Origin: a virus
Lineage: Duplodnaviria > Caudoviricetes
DNA: 64,000 nt
Direction: 5' to 3' (one strand)
IMG/VR virus record: IMGVR_UViG_2875499822_000002
Span: 1-64,000 of that record
Each line of letters opens with the position of its first letter. The first letter of the stretch is position 1. Below, piece by piece: positions 28,758 to 38,949 of this stretch. Below the pieces are notes generated by a model. That model saw only the letters and a list, made by a program, of their open reading frames with translations. It was not told the DNA's origin and did no database searches. The translations under genes were made by a program, and so were the position numbers.

Positions 28758-29459
28758 ATGGATATCAATGAAAGGCGTATCGCCTCCCTCCGTACGATCA
28801 TGGGTGCACTGAGCCAGAAGGAATTCGCTGAGGCTCACGACCTAGACGCGTCGTACCTGTCACAACTGCTCAACGGCCATCGCAAGCTGGGGGAAAAGGC
28901 TGCGCTTAATCTGGAGCTCAAGATCGGGCTCGCAGCAGGGACGCTGACATCTCCTCCCTCCGAGGAGCCATCCACCGCAGCCCCAGCCAACGTGGTTCGC
29001 CTGCCCACCAGGGCGGCAAAGGACAAGAACTTCGTGCTGATTCCGCACCTCGATATCGCGGCGTCTATGGGGCATGGCAAGGCAGCCCCAGGTATGATTG
29101 AAGTCATCCGTGACATGACGGTTCACCTCGACTGGCTCAGGATGCAGGGCCTGACCTTCTCGAATGTCGACAACTTGGCCATCATCACAGGGGATGGCGA
29201 TAGCATGTCTGGTACGTTCGCCGACGGCGACGCCCTGCTTGTGGATCGCGGGATTTCCGAGGTGAAAACAGACGCGATATACGTCTTCACCCTCGACGGC
29301 GACCTCTACATCAAACGCCTGCAGCGCCTTACCGGAGGCCAGCTCCGAATGATCTCCGACAACCCCATCTACCCACCGATTACCATCGATGAGTCGATGA
29401 TCGAACGCATGCACATACAAGCCCGCGTCCTGCTGGCCTGGAACGCGAAGAAGCTCTAA
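28758..29459 (+). CDS. CI repressor with S24 autopeptidase domain
   Basis: HTH (SQKEFAE...SYLSQLL), GDSM, YIKRLQ, ISDNP. Confidence 0.94.
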   Translation: MDINERRIASLRTIMGALSQKEFAEAHDLDASYLSQLLNGHRKLGEKAALNLELKIGLAAGTLTSPPSEEPSTAAPANVVRLPTRAAKDKNFVLIPHLDIAASMGHGKAAPGMIEVIRDMTVHLDWLRMQGLTFSNVDNLAIITGDGDSMSGTFADGDALLVDRGISEVKTDAIYVFTLDGDLYIKRLQRLTGGQLRMISDNPIYPPITIDESMIERMHIQARVLLAWNAKKL

Positions 29460-29517
29460 CCCCCTCGTGTTGCGTTTCACCGGCCATCTGCCGGGGCGCA
29501 ATCACGCCCAATCAATT

Positions 29518-29554
29518 TAGCATTTGCTATTGTACAATTAATTAGCCTTTGCTA
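29518..29554. promoter_or_regulatory. Second operator pair
   Basis: TAGCATTTGCTA (29518) and TAGCCTTTGCTA (29543) upstream of the early operon. Confidence 0.75.
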
Positions 29555-29596
29555 ATTTCAGTCCCGTGCCTTCTCTCACATCAAGGACACGGAAGA

Positions 29597-29761
29597 ATGA
29601 AATCAGCACAGCGCAACGGATCCGTAGCGGTCCTCATCCATCCAACCGCCTGCACCAGCCTGGCGAAAATCCACGCGTTCCAACGCAGCACCGGCTTGCA
29701 GTTGGTCGTCTCCCTGGATGGCAAAGCCCACGCCGTACCTGCGAACGGGGGTGCAGCATGA
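29597..29761 (+). CDS. Hypothetical early phage protein
   Basis: First ORF of the early operon; ATGA overlap with the next gene. Confidence 0.65.
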   Translation: MKSAQRNGSVAVLIHPTACTSLAKIHAFQRSTGLQLVVSLDGKAHAVPANGGAA

Positions 29762-30267
29762 GCGAGTTCCAGATCTCCCTACGCCACATCATGCTGCTGC
29801 AGCGCACCCTGGATAACGGCGGTATTGCGACCTGCAAGTTGCAGCGCCCTGAGGCCACCGTCGACGCGCAGATCGAGATCGAAAACGACTGCACGCACCA
29901 CCGCATCAAGGTGATCCTTGGATCGCTCTGCAGCAGCCTGAGCCTGCCGCGCGCCCTCTCCACCAAATGCCTGTCATTGAGGGACTTTGTGCAAGACCTG
30001 GCCAATGGCCGAGCTGACTCCGGCGCTCAGTCGGAGGAAGCGCTCGCTCTCATGGAAGCGCAGGTCAGCGTTGAAGAGGTACTCCTGACCGGCCAAACCG
30101 CCTACGTCATCGCCACGGTCAACCGCCAACTTCCCCTCGGCGCCGTCGTGACCAACGACCAGGGCGATGTCTGCGTGGCTGTCACAGGTACCAGCAAAGA
30201 GCACCTCGCTGATGCAGTCCGAGCGAAGCTCCAGCCCGGCCCCGACAATCTCAGGGAGTGCGCATGA
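29758..30267 (+). CDS. Hypothetical early phage protein
   Basis: MSEFQISLRH...; ATGA coupling at both ends. Confidence 0.7.
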   Translation: MSEFQISLRHIMLLQRTLDNGGIATCKLQRPEATVDAQIEIENDCTHHRIKVILGSLCSSLSLPRALSTKCLSLRDFVQDLANGRADSGAQSEEALALMEAQVSVEEVLLTGQTAYVIATVNRQLPLGAVVTNDQGDVCVAVTGTSKEHLADAVRAKLQPGPDNLRECA

Positions 30268-30509
30268 GCACCCTGGAACAACTGCGCGGCGAGTTCTCCA
30301 CGCCCTGCCCGACACTGACCGCTGTGAGGGAGCGCTACTTCCCTCACATTGGTTCAGATCGCCGTCTCAGGGAGCTCATCAACAAGGGACAGATCAAGCT
30401 GGTGCTGAGCAAGCTGCACAACTCGGCGAAGGCGCAGCACGTTGTCTACCTGCACAACTTGGCCGAGTACCTGGACCGACAGGCAGAACGATCTCGTCAA
30501 TCCGCTTGA
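30264..30509 (+). CDS. PrtN-family (pyocin activator-like) DNA-binding protein
   Basis: VRERYFPHI...KAQHVVYLHNLAEYLD. Confidence 0.8.
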   Translation: MSTLEQLRGEFSTPCPTLTAVRERYFPHIGSDRRLRELINKGQIKLVLSKLHNSAKAQHVVYLHNLAEYLDRQAERSRQSA

Positions 30510-30594
30510 ACCAAGCGGCCCCGGCCAGCAGGGGCACCCAGCCCGCCACCGACTCTCACCTTACCCGGCGGCGGGCCATTTCGGAGCACAGCAC

Positions 30595-31092
30595 ATGCAA
30601 CCACATCAACAAGTACTTGCCCTGGGTATCGCGTGGCTTATCGGCCTTATCGCCCTGACCTTCATCATCCCGAGAATGCGGCACCGCGCCTTCATTCGAG
30701 GTCTGGACGAAGGCAGACAGCAGCAAAGGGCTGACCTGAAACTGCAGATCAAAGGCCTGCAGGATGATCTGGACGAGGCTCGGATTCAGTCCGAAGCCGG
30801 CCAACGCAAGCATCACCAGGATGTCGCCAACCTCAAAGCGAGTATGCTCGAACTGGAAGCCCGCATCATGTCGTATACCGGCTTACCGGTGACCAAGGCG
30901 GACTACGAGAGTCTGGTCAGCGCCTTGTCCATCATGCGTCTGGCTCAACGCACGTTCAAAGCCCTGAAAACCGAAGCGGAGGCAGCCCGAGCTGGCGCGC
31001 AGGCAGATGTCATTGATGAGCTGGCCAAACGGATCCATGCCCAACTACGCAGCACACCTGGTAGCTCCGTAACCACAGGAGCTGCAGCATGA
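30595..31092 (+). CDS. Hypothetical membrane-anchored coiled-coil protein
   Basis: N-terminal TM segment followed by a heptad-rich region. Confidence 0.7.
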   Translation: MQPHQQVLALGIAWLIGLIALTFIIPRMRHRAFIRGLDEGRQQQRADLKLQIKGLQDDLDEARIQSEAGQRKHHQDVANLKASMLELEARIMSYTGLPVTKADYESLVSALSIMRLAQRTFKALKTEAEAARAGAQADVIDELAKRIHAQLRSTPGSSVTTGAAA

Positions 31093-31517
31093 CCACTCCC
31101 ACCCCACGCAGCTGCATCGTCCATGGCCCGACTGGGTGCGGTAAATCCACTAACGCTCAAGCCATCGCTAAGGCGCTCGGCTTGAGCCACATTCGCGACA
31201 ATTGGGAAGCAGGCGCACCCGTGCCACTGCTCGACACCCTGGTGTTGACCAGCGCTGACAATCCCGCCTGGTACTTCAATGGCCGAGTGCTGAGCGTCGA
31301 TCAGGCGATGCTGCTGGTTGAGCATGCCAAGGCTCACGACTGCACCGCACCCACCACAGAACATCCCGCCGCCGCTTGGCTCGGCCAGGCCGGGCTGTAC
31401 CGCACTCGGTTTGACGCAGTGCGCAACTTTGAGCAGTCCGTCACTCCAGTTTCCGCCGATGAACTGTTCAACCTTGCCAGCAAGCAAGTGCTCAGCCAGC
31501 AGGAGGGCCATGCATGA
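31089..31517 (+). CDS. Hypothetical protein with N-terminal P-loop
   Basis: HGPTGCGKST; ATGA coupling. Confidence 0.7.
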   Translation: MTTPTPRSCIVHGPTGCGKSTNAQAIAKALGLSHIRDNWEAGAPVPLLDTLVLTSADNPAWYFNGRVLSVDQAMLLVEHAKAHDCTAPTTEHPAAAWLGQAGLYRTRFDAVRNFEQSVTPVSADELFNLASKQVLSQQEGHA

Positions 31518-31789
31518 ACACAGCCTTTGTTTTGATGGCGCAGTACAACGGCATGGCGATTATCTCGCTCGAGCAGGTATGCAGTGACTACTTCACTCAC
31601 CTCACCCCTGACATGTTTCAGCGGAAGGTTCTTGCCGGACAGATCAAGCTCCCTATCACCAGGCTCGAGACAAGCCAGAAGAGCGCACGAGGCATTCATA
31701 TTGCCGATCTGGCGCAATACCTGGATCAGCAGCGGGAGGCTGCCCGTAAGGAGTGTGCGCAATTGAACAAGACGCTTCGGGCCGGCTAA
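31514..31789 (+). CDS. PrtN-family protein (possible excisionase)
   Basis: MNTAFVLMAQY...SQKSARGIHIADLAQYLD. Confidence 0.88.
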   Translation: MNTAFVLMAQYNGMAIISLEQVCSDYFTHLTPDMFQRKVLAGQIKLPITRLETSQKSARGIHIADLAQYLDQQREAARKECAQLNKTLRAG

Positions 31790-31866
31790 CCGGGAGATTG
31801 CACCTCGCCTGGCCAGGTGTCGGTGGCCGTCGACATCGTCGACGATCACCCGGACCGGCCTTTGGC

Positions 31867-31896
31867 GAGGGCAGATAACGACCCAAAGCTGCCCTC
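31867..31896. repeat. Palindromic cassette-flanking site (left)
   Basis: GAGGGCAG-ATAA-CGACCC-AAAG-CTGCCCTC. Confidence 0.55.
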
Positions 31897-32052
31897 CGCT
31901 AGAGACCTATACCGTGACAGAGGCAACCTGGGCGGTAGCCAATAGCTAAGGTCAGCAGGCCCTAAAGTCCATATAATTCGGGGCGGATTGTGCCATGTTT
32001 ACCGCTGTTACACGCTCACGTACAGGCTGAAGCAGCCTTGGGCATTGAAGTG

Positions 32053-33168
32053 TCAGCCAACCTCATCGCTATCAGCAAAGCGCTCCGCGATAGCCTGGAA
32101 GTGCTCATGGTTGGCCAGGAAAACGTCGCATATATCCGGATCGAAATGCTTGGCACGTCCCTGGCGGATAATCTCCAGCGCCTGATCATGGGACATGCCC
32201 TGCTTATAAACGCGCCGGCTGATCAGTGCGTCATACACGTCCGCCACCGCCATCAGTCTGGCGCTGATGGGAATGTCGTCGGCACTCAGCCCTTCGGGAT
32301 AGCCGGTACCATCCCACTTCTCGTGGTGGCCGTAGGCGATTTCCTTGGCCAGACGCAGAAACCCCACCGAGGTGCCCAGCTGCTCCTCGGCGTGCCGGAT
32401 AGCATTGCCTCCCAGCACCGTATGGGTCTTCATCGTCTCAAACTCCTCCGGTGTGAGACGCCCCGGCTTGAGTAGTATGTGATCGGGTATACCGACCTTG
32501 CCGATGTCATGCAGCGGAGCCGACTTGAATAGCAGTCGGATGCTCTCATCATCAATGAAATGGCGGAACCTCGGGTGTTCGCGCAGCATCTCGGCCAGCA
32601 ACCTGACGTAGTGCTGGGTTCGTCGGATGTGGTTGCCCGTCTCATTGTCGCGGGTTTCGGCCAGCGAGGTCATGGCTTGAATGGTCACATCCTGGATAGC
32701 CATGACCTCGGCGGTGCGACGCTGCACTTCCTGCTCAAGATAAGCCTTCTGATCTCGTAAGAAGTCGGCGGCCGCCTTGATATTCAACTGGGTTTCCACC
32801 CGCGCCAACACGATCGGCGGGTTGATAGGTTTGGTGATGTAGTCCACGGCGCCCATCTGCAAACCGAGGATCTCGTCTTCCATGGTCGCCATGGCGGTGA
32901 GGAAGATGATCGGAATATCGGCTGTGCGCGGATCGCGCTTGAGCTGCCCTGCCACTTCATGACCCGACAGGTCGGGCATCATGATGTCGAGCAGGATCAG
33001 ATCCGGGCGGGGCTCCTGGGCCGCTGCCTTCAACGCGCGCTCGCCGTTGATGGCCACCCGCGTACGGTAACGATCCTTGAGCAGCCCATTGATCAGTGTG
33101 ATGTTCTCTGGCGTGTCATCGACAATGAGGATGATAGGGCCATGGGGGGTGCTCAGGACTTCATTCAT
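32053..33168 (-). CDS. Response regulator with HD-GYP domain (putative c-di-GMP phosphodiesterase, RpfG-like)
   Basis: REC domain (LIVDD, LLDIMMP, KP), LHDIGK, HHEKWDGTGYP, ADVYDAL. Confidence 0.95.
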   Translation of the reverse strand: MNEVLSTPHGPIILIVDDTPENITLINGLLKDRYRTRVAINGERALKAAAQEPRPDLILLDIMMPDLSGHEVAGQLKRDPRTADIPIIFLTAMATMEDEILGLQMGAVDYITKPINPPIVLARVETQLNIKAAADFLRDQKAYLEQEVQRRTAEVMAIQDVTIQAMTSLAETRDNETGNHIRRTQHYVRLLAEMLREHPRFRHFIDDESIRLLFKSAPLHDIGKVGIPDHILLKPGRLTPEEFETMKTHTVLGGNAIRHAEEQLGTSVGFLRLAKEIAYGHHEKWDGTGYPEGLSADDIPISARLMAVADVYDALISRRVYKQGMSHDQALEIIRQGRAKHFDPDICDVFLANHEHFQAIAERFADSDEVG

Positions 33169-36100
33169 GATGTTCCCTCCCGCAGCGTTTGCCGCGCGGC
33201 CTCGAAGTCAAAGTTGTTCACCTCATTGCACAACTGTTCAAAACAATCCTTGCCAAGAACACCCTGCAACGCAGCTGCGTGCTGCTGGACATAATCCGGG
33301 GCGACCCCGTCATTGGCCTCCAGCAGCTGCATCAGCGCTTTGGCATGCTGCGTATCGTCGATGCTCGATACTACCAGTGGAGCTACCTGTTCACTGCCCA
33401 AGGCTCGACGGATCGCCTGCACGGCCAGCGAAAGCGCCTCAATGACGTCACTCACCAAGGCGTCCGACTCGGCGTACGCCTTGATTGCGGTCTCCAGCTT
33501 CCCAGCCATGATTTGCAGGCCACTGAAACCGAGGTTGCCTGCAACACCTTTTACGGCATGGGCTATGCGCTCGGCCGAGGCCCGGTCACCGGCCCGCAGC
33601 GCGTTCAGCAACGCCTGCCCTGCCAGCGCCTTGCGCTCGGCAAAATGCCCCAGCAGCTTGAGGTATAGATGGCGATTGCCCGCCACTCGCCTCAATCCGT
33701 CGGCGCTATCGAGCCCCGGGATGTCCGGCAGCCAATCCTCGCCTGAAGCGGCGCTGGTCGGCTGCGCTACGGCCGACCGAGGTACGACCCAGCGCAGCAC
33801 CGTGGCGATCAACGCCTGCGGGTCCACGGGTTTGGTCACATGGTCGACCATGCCCGCCTCGATGCAGCGCTCGCGATCCTCAACCCTGGCATGGGCGGTC
33901 ATCGCAATCACCGGAAGCTTTGCCCAGTGCGGCTCGGCGCGAATACGCCGGGTGGTCTCGACACCATCCATCTGCGGCATCTGCACATCCATCAATACAG
34001 CGTCGTATTGCGCAGCGGCAAGCATGGACAGTGCCTCGCAGCCATTGCCCGCAACCTCTACCAGGGCACCGGCGGCCTCAAGCAGCTCCCTGGCGATCTG
34101 CTGGTTGATTTCATTGTCCTCTGCGACGAGCAGGCGCACCCCGGCAAGCACCTGCGCCTGCGCAGTGGGTACGGCTGCCGCCACTACGCCTGTTTGCGGC
34201 ACGAAGAGGTTGACCAGTATCTCAACCAGCGAGGATTGGTTGACCGGTTTAACCAGAAACGCTCGAACGCCGGCTGCCTGCGCGGCGGCGCGCATTTCAT
34301 CATGCCCGAATGCACTGACCATGACGGCGTGCAGTGCAGGACGCAGCGCAAGGGCCCGGCGCGTTGTTTCGATCCCATCCATCGCCGGCATATACCAGTC
34401 CACGAACAGCACAAGGAACGGGTCGTCTGCTGTGGCACTGTGCAGGCTTTCCAGGGCAGCCTCGCCGGACGCCACCGCGACCGGCGTAAGCCCCGCTACG
34501 CGCAGCATGTCGGAAAGGATCTGACGTGCGGCAGCATTGTCATCGACAACCAATGCACGCGCTCCGGCAAGCTCGGCAGGGACGATCTGGCGCTGCGCCT
34601 GCAGTTGCGGGCCAAGCCCAAGCCAGACGCTGAAAGAAAAGGTGCTGCCGTTACCCGGTTCAGAGTCCACCGTGATCGTTCCGCCCATCAGTTCGACGAG
34701 GCGCTTGGAGATGGCAAGGCCCAGACCAGTGCCGCCATATTGCCGGGTGGTCGAGCTATCGGCTTGGGCAAAGGCCTGAAAGAGTCGCCCGGCCTGCTCG
34801 GGCGTCATGCCAATGCCGGTATCGTGAACGTGAACCTGCAGTTGAATTTTGTCCCCGGTGCGGCCCAGGTTGCGGACCACCATCATCACCTGGCCATATT
34901 CGGTGAACTTCACCGCGTTGCCTACCAGGTTGAGGATGATTTGCCCCAGTCGCAGCGGATCCCCGAGCAGTGTGTCGGGCACGTCCGGCGCTCGGTCGAA
35001 CAATAGTTCGAGCCCTTTGTCGTAGGCCTTTTGCGCAATCAACGAGGACACGTTGTCGAGCACTGCATCGATCTGAAACGGTACTGTCTCGACGCTGAGC
35101 TTGCCGGCCTCGATCTTGGAGAAATCAAGGATGTCGTTGATGATGCCAAGCAGCGAAGTGCCCGCGTTGTGGATCTTCGAGACATAATCGCGCTGCCGGT
35201 GGTCCAGCGATGTCTGAAGCGCGAGGTAGGACATGCCGATGATCGCATTCATGGGCGTGCGGATTTCGTGGCTCATGTTGGCCAGCAAATCGCTTTTTGC
35301 CCGCGTCGCCTCTTCAGCAATCTCCTTCGCCCGCTGCTGAGCCAGTTCCGCTGCCTTGCGTTCGGTGATGTCGTGAAGCCAAGCAAGCAGCCCTTGCTCA
35401 CCCTGGATCTGAATAGGCAGGTAAGTGACCAGCATGGTGCGTTCGTACCCGTGCCGGTCGAGCATCTGCACTTCCTGGCCCTTGGCAATGCCATCGTCCG
35501 CGAGGCGCTCGACGATGGCCTGGCGATCCTGCCCGTTCACGTAGAGCTGCAGGGCAGCGTCACCGACACCCAGGCCGAACGTTTCACAGAAACGGGGATT
35601 GGCGAAGCGGATCACGCCCTGGATCGAGAAGGCTATGTTGATCGGACTGATATCGAGGATCGCCTGCAGCCGCATGCGTTCTTCACTGAGCGCCACCGCT
35701 GCCGCATGGTGTTCCGTGACATCACGCATCCAGCTGGCGATCAAGACCTCACCGTGGATCGTCACGAATGATGCGCCCACCAGAACCCAGAGGATCGAGC
35801 CATCCTTGTGCAGCAGGCGGGTCTCGAAGTGTTCGACCTTGCCGTTGCGTGTCAGCAGTTCAAGGAAGCGTTCGCGCTCGTCAGGGTCAACATACAAGCT
35901 GGTGGTGTTGCGCCCGAGCAGGTCCTCAGCGACATAACCGGTCGCCTGCGAAAAGCGTTGGCTGACTTCCCTGACTGCGCCGTTCCGGTCTGCCAGTATC
36001 AGACTCGCTGGGCTGGTATCCATGAGCGCTCGGGTGAACGCCTCACGTTCGGCCAACTCCGCAGCAACGCGCTTGCGCTCGTCCACTTCCCGGTTCAGGC

Positions 36101-37070
36101 GTCGGTTCCACGCAAGCATGGCGCCAAGTAGCAGCAGGACCGCGATAACACTAGGAATTGCCCAGCTCATAACTGCTTTGATATCGAGGCCGTCCTCGCT
36201 GAAGGATTCCTCAAACAGCCGATATTCCATCAGCGATACGTGATAGTACTGTCGCCAGCTCGCATCGAGTGGCGAATCGATACGATTGCTGGACTTGAAG
36301 AACCGCTCCAGCGCGCGCGCGAGATCCGCAGCGTTGCGCGCAACACCCCAGCCAACGCTGGTCGGTTCGCTGACCGGAAACGCAATGGAGAGACGCTCGG
36401 GGTCTTCGCGTGCCCAGCGCAGCGCACTTTCGCTACCCAGCACGGTGAAATCCACCTTTGCATCGGCGACCAGTTTCACCGCCTGATCGGTTGTCGCATA
36501 GACCAGCTTCACCGGCTGACTGGAGAGAGGGCCGCGGTTGGCTTCATCGATCCATTGCTCGTAGCCCGTGCCCTTCTGCACTGCCGCCGTCAGGCCACGC
36601 AGATCAGCCACCTCATTGCCCAGCGACTGTCTGGAGCGATGGACGATGACGAGATTGCGAACCTTGTAGTAAGGCACCAGCAGCATCTTCGTTTCGCGCC
36701 AGGGTACGATCTGCAGGTCATTTGGATAGAGATCACAACTGCCGTCGGCAAGTAGCTTCGGGTCGTAGCTTGCGTCGCGTACGGTTTCACCCCGAGCGTT
36801 ATGAAACTGCGCATCGAAGCTCGGCAGCTCCGTTACCTGTGGGCGCACCGCGAGTGACCGGGCAAACGCCTCGGCATTGGTCCGATAAAAGGAAGCACTC
36901 GAGCCAGCGACGCATATGCGCAGGACGCCGCTTTCCCGAACCTGGGCCAACGTACGCGCTTCCACACATGGAATGGCCAGCGCCAACAAGTTCACCAGCG
37001 CAAGCCATATCCTCCAGCGCGCCTTCATGCTCAAAAAGCAACTGCTGGTAGGTAAATGATCACGAGGCAC
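33165..37070 (-). CDS. Hybrid sensor histidine kinase (periplasmic solute-binding domain, 2 PAS, HisKA, HATPase, 2 REC, HPt)
   Basis: [23 protein letters not shown], two REC domains, AHAVKG HPt motif. Confidence 0.95.
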   Translation of the reverse strand: MPRDHLPTSSCFLSMKARWRIWLALVNLLALAIPCVEARTLAQVRESGVLRICVAGSSASFYRTNAEAFARSLAVRPQVTELPSFDAQFHNARGETVRDASYDPKLLADGSCDLYPNDLQIVPWRETKMLLVPYYKVRNLVIVHRSRQSLGNEVADLRGLTAAVQKGTGYEQWIDEANRGPLSSQPVKLVYATTDQAVKLVADAKVDFTVLGSESALRWAREDPERLSIAFPVSEPTSVGWGVARNAADLARALERFFKSSNRIDSPLDASWRQYYHVSLMEYRLFEESFSEDGLDIKAVMSWAIPSVIAVLLLLGAMLAWNRRLNREVDERKRVAAELAEREAFTRALMDTSPASLILADRNGAVREVSQRFSQATGYVAEDLLGRNTTSLYVDPDERERFLELLTRNGKVEHFETRLLHKDGSILWVLVGASFVTIHGEVLIASWMRDVTEHHAAAVALSEERMRLQAILDISPINIAFSIQGVIRFANPRFCETFGLGVGDAALQLYVNGQDRQAIVERLADDGIAKGQEVQMLDRHGYERTMLVTYLPIQIQGEQGLLAWLHDITERKAAELAQQRAKEIAEEATRAKSDLLANMSHEIRTPMNAIIGMSYLALQTSLDHRQRDYVSKIHNAGTSLLGIINDILDFSKIEAGKLSVETVPFQIDAVLDNVSSLIAQKAYDKGLELLFDRAPDVPDTLLGDPLRLGQIILNLVGNAVKFTEYGQVMMVVRNLGRTGDKIQLQVHVHDTGIGMTPEQAGRLFQAFAQADSSTTRQYGGTGLGLAISKRLVELMGGTITVDSEPGNGSTFSFSVWLGLGPQLQAQRQIVPAELAGARALVVDDNAAARQILSDMLRVAGLTPVAVASGEAALESLHSATADDPFLVLFVDWYMPAMDGIETTRRALALRPALHAVMVSAFGHDEMRAAAQAAGVRAFLVKPVNQSSLVEILVNLFVPQTGVVAAAVPTAQAQVLAGVRLLVAEDNEINQQIARELLEAAGALVEVAGNGCEALSMLAAAQYDAVLMDVQMPQMDGVETTRRIRAEPHWAKLPVIAMTAHARVEDRERCIEAGMVDHVTKPVDPQALIATVLRWVVPRSAVAQPTSAASGEDWLPDIPGLDSADGLRRVAGNRHLYLKLLGHFAERKALAGQALLNALRAGDRASAERIAHAVKGVAGNLGFSGLQIMAGKLETAIKAYAESDALVSDVIEALSLAVQAIRRALGSEQVAPLVVSSIDDTQHAKALMQLLEANDGVAPDYVQQHAAALQGVLGKDCFEQLCNEVNNFDFEAARQTLREGTS

Positions 37071-37282
37071 ACGACTTATCCCTTCTGAAGGTCCTTTTCA
37101 CGCGTTCTTTGCCGGCCGGCACTTAATTATCAGCGAGGCCCGTCCAGACAGACTTTCGCAGTGTAGGCAGCCCGGAAAGCAAGCGCCAGCGCCTAAACTG
37201 GCCAGCCGTAGCGAACCGGTATATCTAAAGGTTGTCATGGATAAAGCGAGTGAGCGTGGTTCCCCGTACGGCTTTCGCCAAT

Positions 37283-37341
37283 GTCCGCAATGGGTCGAAA
37301 GCAGCCGGTCGCGGGCGACCGCAATCACCCCAAAGCGGATG
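37283..37341. repeat. Palindromic cassette-flanking sites (right, two inverted copies)
   Basis: GTCCG-CAAT-GGGTCG-AAAG-CAGCC and GACCG-CAAT-CACCCC-AAAG-CGGAT, similar to the 31867 site. Confidence 0.55.
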
Positions 37342-37388
37342 CCTACCACGAGTAAGCGCTGATAAAGGTAGCACCCGTACCCACCCGC

Positions 37389-38510
37389 CTACTCAGCCCG
37401 GGCGCCGAGTTTAACCGGTGCCTGAATGATCTGATCCAGCCACTTCCAGCCCTTATACCCATCTCCTCGTCCACGCAAATGGGTATACCGCCGCAGCGAG
37501 TTCCAATCGCGGTGCCCGGATACACTTGAAACCCTCGGTATATCCCAGTCCATTTCAAACAGTCGACTCACCCCTTCGTGACGCAAGTCATGAAAATGCA
37601 GATCCTTGATCCCTTTCATCTTGCACGCCTTGGACCAGGCGGTACCGATTGAATCAGTGTTGTATGGGAATATCTCGCGACACTCTTGGGGCATGCTCTG
37701 CACAATGATCCACGCCTCATCCGGCAAGTAACACCAGACATCGTTGCCGATCTTCTGACCGGGGTTCTTCATGTCCCGCACCTTCACAGCCTGCCGGTGC
37801 TCATCCAGGTCTTCCCATCGGATGCGGGTGATCTCGTCCATTCTGCGGGTCGAGAAGATCGCGAACGCCACCACCTTGGGCATATGGATGACGCTTGGCC
37901 GCCGCTGCAACATCTCGAAGAAGTGTTCGAGCACCTTATCGATCTCATCCAGCGTAGGGCGCCGATCCCGCTCTCGGCTCTTCAGGTTGTAGCCGAACTT
38001 CTTCAGCACGAGGCGCGCATCTGGCATTGCTTGCGCGTCAATCTCATATCCCCACGCCGCCCTGGCCAGGGACAGCACCGACCCCAGGTGCGCCAGGTCA
38101 TTGCCGGCCGTCTGCGGTTTAATGCCTCCACCTTCAGGGCTCATGCGCCACAGCGCGTAGTCCACCAGCACCTGCTGGGTGAGGTCGGAATCCACCTTCT
38201 CACCCAGGTAGCTGTTCTTGATGGCATTCAACGTGCGCCGCTTCGTCTCACCCAGCGGCCCGGCTTTCTCGGCCTCGACCAGGTAGCGGTCGATCATCTG
38301 CTTGACCGTGTGCCCTACCCGGCTCGCCCGCTCGATTGCACCAGGCTCTGCCAACTCGGTTTCTCGTCGCTTCGCCCAGGCCACTGCGGCCTGTTTGCGG
38401 GCGAACGTCTGGCTCTCTTGGTAGACTGTCACCTTGTCGCGGTTGATGCGGATCTGAGCTGTGTAGCTGATGGTGCCGTCGGCCTTCTTGCGGGGTCTGA
38501 TGGTTGCCAT
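37389..38510 (-). CDS. Tyrosine integrase (dusA-associated type)
   Basis: STRRMDEI, HFHDLRHEG, SGHRDWNSLRRYTH; divergent from the dusA 5' fragment. Confidence 0.95.
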   Translation of the reverse strand: MATIRPRKKADGTISYTAQIRINRDKVTVYQESQTFARKQAAVAWAKRRETELAEPGAIERASRVGHTVKQMIDRYLVEAEKAGPLGETKRRTLNAIKNSYLGEKVDSDLTQQVLVDYALWRMSPEGGGIKPQTAGNDLAHLGSVLSLARAAWGYEIDAQAMPDARLVLKKFGYNLKSRERDRRPTLDEIDKVLEHFFEMLQRRPSVIHMPKVVAFAIFSTRRMDEITRIRWEDLDEHRQAVKVRDMKNPGQKIGNDVWCYLPDEAWIIVQSMPQECREIFPYNTDSIGTAWSKACKMKGIKDLHFHDLRHEGVSRLFEMDWDIPRVSSVSGHRDWNSLRRYTHLRGRGDGYKGWKWLDQIIQAPVKLGARAE

Positions 38511-38515
38511 GAGAA

Positions 38516-38597
38516 TTGGTACACGTCCTGATTCGATTGGTACATTGTACCAAGCGCTTGGTAAAAACGCCCCAAAACCCCCGAAATTCGGTACAAA
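38516..38597. repeat. GGTACA repeats, probable integrase arm-type sites
   Basis: TTGGTACA x2, inverted TGTACCAA and TCGGTACA between int and att. Confidence 0.5.
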
Positions 38598-38602
38598 ACA
38601 CG

Positions 38603-38701
38603 TTGAACGAAATCACTGCAAAACCCGGCTCAAAGCCAATGACCACGCGCCCTGAGCCGTCCCGCCGCTTCAGCATTGCACCGATGATGGATTGGACGTA
38701 A
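38603..38701 (+). pseudogene. dusA: Phage-supplied 5' end of dusA, truncated at the att core
   Basis: Encodes ...TTRPEPSRRFSIAPMMDWT then TAA; RFSxAPMMDWT is the DusA N-terminal motif. Confidence 0.88.
38678..38697. other. att core joining elements A and B
   Basis: dusA similarity stops right after GCACCGATGATGGATTGGAC; base composition shifts; CGTGTGCA direct repeats follow at ~38734-38752. Confidence 0.7.
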
Positions 38702-38949
38702 AAACCCCGTATTTACTGGCCAAAACACTGATTCGTGTGCAATCCGTGTGCAGCATTCTATCCGCCTGCCATACACTCTCGCCCTACCTCCTACCCTCGT
38801 TGGACTGACAAAACTGGACAGACGAAGGCTCGCAACCTACCGCCAATCCTCGGCACTACCGACTGGCACTACCCATTCATCTCCAGCCGAGCAGGCCTCT
38901 GACCCTGGCCATCACCTTGATATGAGATAAGCTGACTCCACCGTGAATC

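Larger units (their letters stand above)
1..38697. mobile_element. Prophage A: temperate phage with lambda-like head and P2/R-pyocin-like contractile tail, integrated at dusA (left end outside window)
   Basis: Contiguous lysis, tail, head, terminase, replication, immunity and integrase modules; ends at the dusA 5' fragment/att core. Confidence 0.93.

Noticed and set aside
33189-37051. + strand ORFs over the sensor kinase
   Set aside because: Shadow frames of the kinase gene
38516-38701. Intact dusA gene
   Set aside because: A stop codon follows MMDWT directly; only the 5' fragment is present
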